From Hyphochytrium catenoides (Eukaryota > Protista > Hyphochytriomycota): DNA of 64,000 bases. The notes below the pieces were generated by a model that saw nothing but the letters and a program-made list of their open reading frames with translations, made no database searches and was not told where the DNA came from. Positions 60,458-64,000 of the stretch are shown one piece after another. Every line of letters starts with the position of its first letter. Position 1 is the first letter of the stretch. The translations under genes were made by a program, and so were the position numbers. Location: NCBI GenBank assembly GCA_900088475.1, contig FLMG01002424.1, forward strand, positions 1-64,000. The letters run 5' to 3'.

Positions 60458-62083
60458 ATGAGAAAAAGTGTCGGTCTCTGGGGTATAAGACTGAGCCCCC
60501 CTCCAAACACACCTGATGATCGGCGAACTCCTCCTATTGCCAGAGCCAATAGTGAGGAGGACCTGGCAACAACTACTCGTCCAGCAAGAAGATGGGAAGA
60601 CGTCCTGTTGTTCTGGAGAGACTCCTTTCTTTTGGTCTTTCTCTCCTTTCTTATAGCATCCTTCTCTTGTGCCGTCTTCACGGCCTTCGTCTTCGCGTTG
60701 CCATCGCCACCAACTGTGCAGTACTGCGAGAACATGTGTGGTCATCATCACTCGGCGGTCGGCTGGTGTCACTTGCACTTCTGCCACTTGGGAAATTACG
60801 TATTTATCCAGCTATTTATTATACCGGAGTGCTACTTTGGGGCTATCTTTATCTATAGAGAGACGGTGCCGGAGCGGTATCGGAGGAGGAAAAAGGTTCT
60901 TTTTCTGGGCGCCGTTGTCTTTATCGCCCTCGGAATGATGTGCGACGCCTTACAGGTGTTTGTCATTGAGTACTACTTTCTCGCAGGAGAGATTGTCTAT
61001 TCTCTCTTCTGTCTGTTCGTCTTCTACGACTCTGAAGGCAGCTTTTGGGACTTTGTTCTTATGCTGACGGCAGATGCAGTACCACCGTGCACAGGCATAG
61101 CATTTGTCCAGATTGTGATGATTTATCTGCCCCATTGGAAGTACGGCTGGTACCTTGTCACCTACGGCTTTCCTGCTCTATTCTTTGCGATGTCCTCTAT
61201 AACAGAAAGAGCTTTAGCTCTCTTGTGCACCAACTGCCGTTGGCTAGGCCGTGATTTGTATGTGACGGGGGCACTCTATAAAATGAACTTGATCTATGGG
61301 CAGCTGCAGTTGCTTGGCACTGCAGTGGTCGGCAAGGATATCCTCTCCAGCTTAATCGTCTCTACTGCAGCTTCAGCCGCTGGCTATGTGGCTACGTTGG
61401 CTTGGAGAGTGCCAAGGCTGCGACGTAAGCTCAAAGCAGCCATATGTCCAAGGGCATCAGCGACACGCCCTAGAAGAGTGGTTTTACCCGCAAAACTACT
61501 TGGCTCCGCTCCATCCACACGGGCAACGCTTCCGAACGAACCTTCTACGAGGAAGGCTGTACAACAACAAACTGTGACCCAGCATTTGACTGAGCCGCAC
61601 CCTCACAGCTGCAGGCAAAGGAAGAAGGAAAATTCCGACCTTGTTGGAAGGCCCGTTGCTGCGGAACCGGAAGAGTTCTGGAAAAGAATGGCTATTAGTA
61701 TGGTTGTCGCCACTCAATGCTCCTTGGGGGTTCTGGTGAGCATCCTTGCGTTTCGGGGTATCTACTTCGCTAAAATTCTGCCCGGGCCATGCTATCAGTC
61801 ACACCTGACCTACTGGCAGTCCCTAAGCGTCCTGAAGGAAGAGTACCTCTGGTACATATTGGCAGTGATGATGGTGCTATCGGGCTTTGTATGCTCTTTG
61901 GAGCTCAGCAGCTACCGCGTGCTGGGATTGTGGAGAGAGGAGCGTGTGGTCTTGCTGAGGGTGGCCATCTGGGTCCAGTTGCTCAATGGCCCTTATTTCT
62001 ACTCTTGGTTGCTCTTGAATGTCATTAACGGTGGTGCTGAAGATGAATGCCAGTTTGTTGAGGCACAACAACAGGGCACATAA
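60458..62083 (+). CDS. Intronless orphan polytopic membrane protein (~541 aa, ~10-11 TM) with a His/Cys-rich loop
   Basis: First ATG (60458) in a 552-codon open frame. Many hydrophobic segments and a long basic/Pro-rich loop before the last three. The adjacent pseudogene conserves the same peptide, supporting this frame. Confidence 0.85.
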   Translation: MRKSVGLWGIRLSPPPNTPDDRRTPPIARANSEEDLATTTRPARRWEDVLLFWRDSFLLVFLSFLIASFSCAVFTAFVFALPSPPTVQYCENMCGHHHSAVGWCHLHFCHLGNYVFIQLFIIPECYFGAIFIYRETVPERYRRRKKVLFLGAVVFIALGMMCDALQVFVIEYYFLAGEIVYSLFCLFVFYDSEGSFWDFVLMLTADAVPPCTGIAFVQIVMIYLPHWKYGWYLVTYGFPALFFAMSSITERALALLCTNCRWLGRDLYVTGALYKMNLIYGQLQLLGTAVVGKDILSSLIVSTAASAAGYVATLAWRVPRLRRKLKAAICPRASATRPRRVVLPAKLLGSAPSTRATLPNEPSTRKAVQQQTVTQHLTEPHPHSCRQRKKENSDLVGRPVAAEPEEFWKRMAISMVVATQCSLGVLVSILAFRGIYFAKILPGPCYQSHLTYWQSLSVLKEEYLWYILAVMMVLSGFVCSLELSSYRVLGLWREERVVLLRVAIWVQLLNGPYFYSWLLLNVINGGAEDECQFVEAQQQGT

Positions 62084-62844
62084 CGGTATGAATAGTCTTC
62101 TTCAAATAGCCGTCAACTACATCTAGCAAGATCCTCAGGTGACTGGACGCAATCCTCCTTATTACTCTACTATTAGTCCAACAATTGTTATTTTCTCTTC
62201 GTCGTGCCACCGGTAGTAGCTTCCCAGACCACCGGTGCTCAGAGAGCAGCACTACATTATTTCGCAGATGTAGACATAACTCCTCGACGATAGGACATCG
62301 ACAGATTGGTTTCTCTTCTCGTCTTCCACATTGAGTGGGTGAGACAAGCAGCTCTGTGGGTTCAGTGCCGTAACATTTAATGTTCCTGATCTCTTTATCA
62401 AGATATCGTTATTCCTTGCCTTAGTCAATCTTGCTGTGTCTCGTTCCTCTGTCTCTTACATCGGCCCAGTAGTGTTTCCCGCTCTGGCAACAAGACTTTT
62501 TTCTAGTCTCGTCGTTCGGGGCCTATAATAGCTGAAACACGCTCTCTATTTCTCAGCCCAGGATCCTCTGGCTGCTGGGTGTCTCTCTCCTTTTTCCTGA
62601 ATATGCTCCAAAAGCGGGAGCTATCCAGGCAAGCAATAATGTCGGATGTGACTCGACGTAATGGCAAAATACTCGTGGGATAATAGGTTTCCTAGCGCGG
62701 TGAGGTAGAATATCCGTAGGATGTTAAGGTTTCCTGGGCTGCGGAGGATGGACCTGGCCTCACTCTCTAAGTTACCTGAGGCCAGGCACATCTCCCTTAC
62801 GGGGCAGCGCATGTACTTGCGCTCAGGGCAGTCAGTTAGCAGGC

Positions 62845-63213
62845 NNNNNNNNNNNNNNNNNNNNNNNNNNNNNNNNNNNNNNNNNNNNNNNNNNNNNNNN
62901 NNNNNNNNNNNNNNNNNNNNNNNNNNNNNNNNNNNNNNNNNNNNNNNNNNNNNNNNNNNNNNNNNNNNNNNNNNNNNNNNNNNNNNNNNNNNNNNNNNNN
63001 NNNNNNNNNNNNNNNNNNNNNNNNNNNNNNNNNNNNNNNNNNNNNNNNNNNNNNNNNNNNNNNNNNNNNNNNNNNNNNNNNNNNNNNNNNNNNNNNNNNN
63101 NNNNNNNNNNNNNNNNNNNNNNNNNNNNNNNNNNNNNNNNNNNNNNNNNNNNNNNNNNNNNNNNNNNNNNNNNNNNNNNNNNNNNNNNNNNNNNNNNNNN
63201 NNNNNNNNNNNNN
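62845..63213. other. Assembly gap (other gaps: 14811-14824, 20011-20051, 45261-45606)
   Basis: Runs of N. The three smaller gaps abut GA/CT-rich sequence. Confidence 0.99.
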
Positions 63214-64000
63214 TGGATAAGTTATCATTTAGATGGTCAGTCAGACAGGGGATACCGACGGTCGAGAACGGGGAGTATGTGCCTTAACGCTTCTTCATTC
63301 TTTCTTTAGTTAGTTCGTGATTGTTGCGGACCGCCTGGGTCATCAAGAGCCTCCTCCCATTTGATCCAGGAGGAATGCTCCCAGGCCAGTAATGTCAAGC
63401 GCCTGTCGTACCAACGAGGGCCGTCACATTTAGCTAGTAGTCCATGGTTTCTCGTTCGCCTCGCTTGTTTTTGGGGTTTGCTCTGCTCCCTGCTCTGTAA
63501 TTATACCTTCGTTCTCTGTTCTATGCGAGTTTTTGCTTCAATTCGTCCCTGTCTTTTAGGGCTACTCCTCACCTCGTCGAGGCGTCGTGGTCTCCTGCCT
63601 TAAACTTCAGCCAGATCCCAGCTTTACCCCTACGTTTTTTTGGGAAGAGCACAAATCTTTAATCACAGGCTGACAGAATGCAGCGGCAATTCAGTAAAAG
63701 TGGAACGCTTAGAAAGAGGAAGATGCAACCATAGCATGAAGAGACCTAAGGGCTCGAGGATATGTACAGACAAGAACTAACGCAATGACGGAAAGTAGAA
63801 ATCCAGGAAAAGCTTGAGCTAAGAAAAGAGAGATTCGATTTGACTCCAGATCAGCTACGGGAGCCTTCTAAGGCACCCAAGAGGACGATAGGAGTGCCCC
63901 TGTCTAACGTCAACGCGCTGTAAAGAGCAATCCAGTTGACTTGAGTTGTAGCAGCCTATATGGATAGTTCTGCGGCAGCGCAAGGTCTAGTCAGCTGTGC

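Noticed and set aside
1-64000. Genome-wide stop-codon reassignment, prompted by frames interrupted by TGA
   Set aside because: Well-supported genes have no internal stops and end in TAA, TAG or TGA (allantoicase, P450 C and the MAT1 model use TGA).
1-64000. tRNA, rRNA and snRNA genes
   Set aside because: None recognised by eye; tRNAscan-SE or Infernal would be needed to exclude them.

Overview
Eukaryotic nuclear DNA, probably a protist; the lineage cannot be fixed from the sequence alone. It has GT-AG spliceosomal introns, the standard genetic code (TAA, TAG and TGA all end well-supported genes), very dense (GA)n/(CT)n microsatellites and four assembly gaps. Genes reconstructed by hand, in order: GT17/MGAT3-like glycosyltransferase, DUF1264/OBAP-family protein, orphan 7-TM protein, allantoicase with a PTS1, a spliced Rsa3-domain protein the ORF track shows only as two fragments, MED13, a USP32-like deubiquitinase, an intronless PPR protein, MAT1/MNAT1, a three-gene cytochrome P450 cluster (one gene with introns, two without), an intronless Zn-dependent MDR dehydrogenase, and an orphan ~10-11-TM protein with a decayed tandem copy. 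Main leads: (i) a hidden multi-exon small ORF ending 34 nt before the OBAP start codon, possibly a spliced uORF or bicistronic mRNA; (ii) many introns with a GA-rich 5' half and a CT-rich 3' half that could fold back on themselves; (iii) exact intron presence/absence and microsatellite-like coding insertions in the P450 cluster; (iv) several intron-retaining gene relics between intact genes. All family calls are from motif recognition, not database searches.
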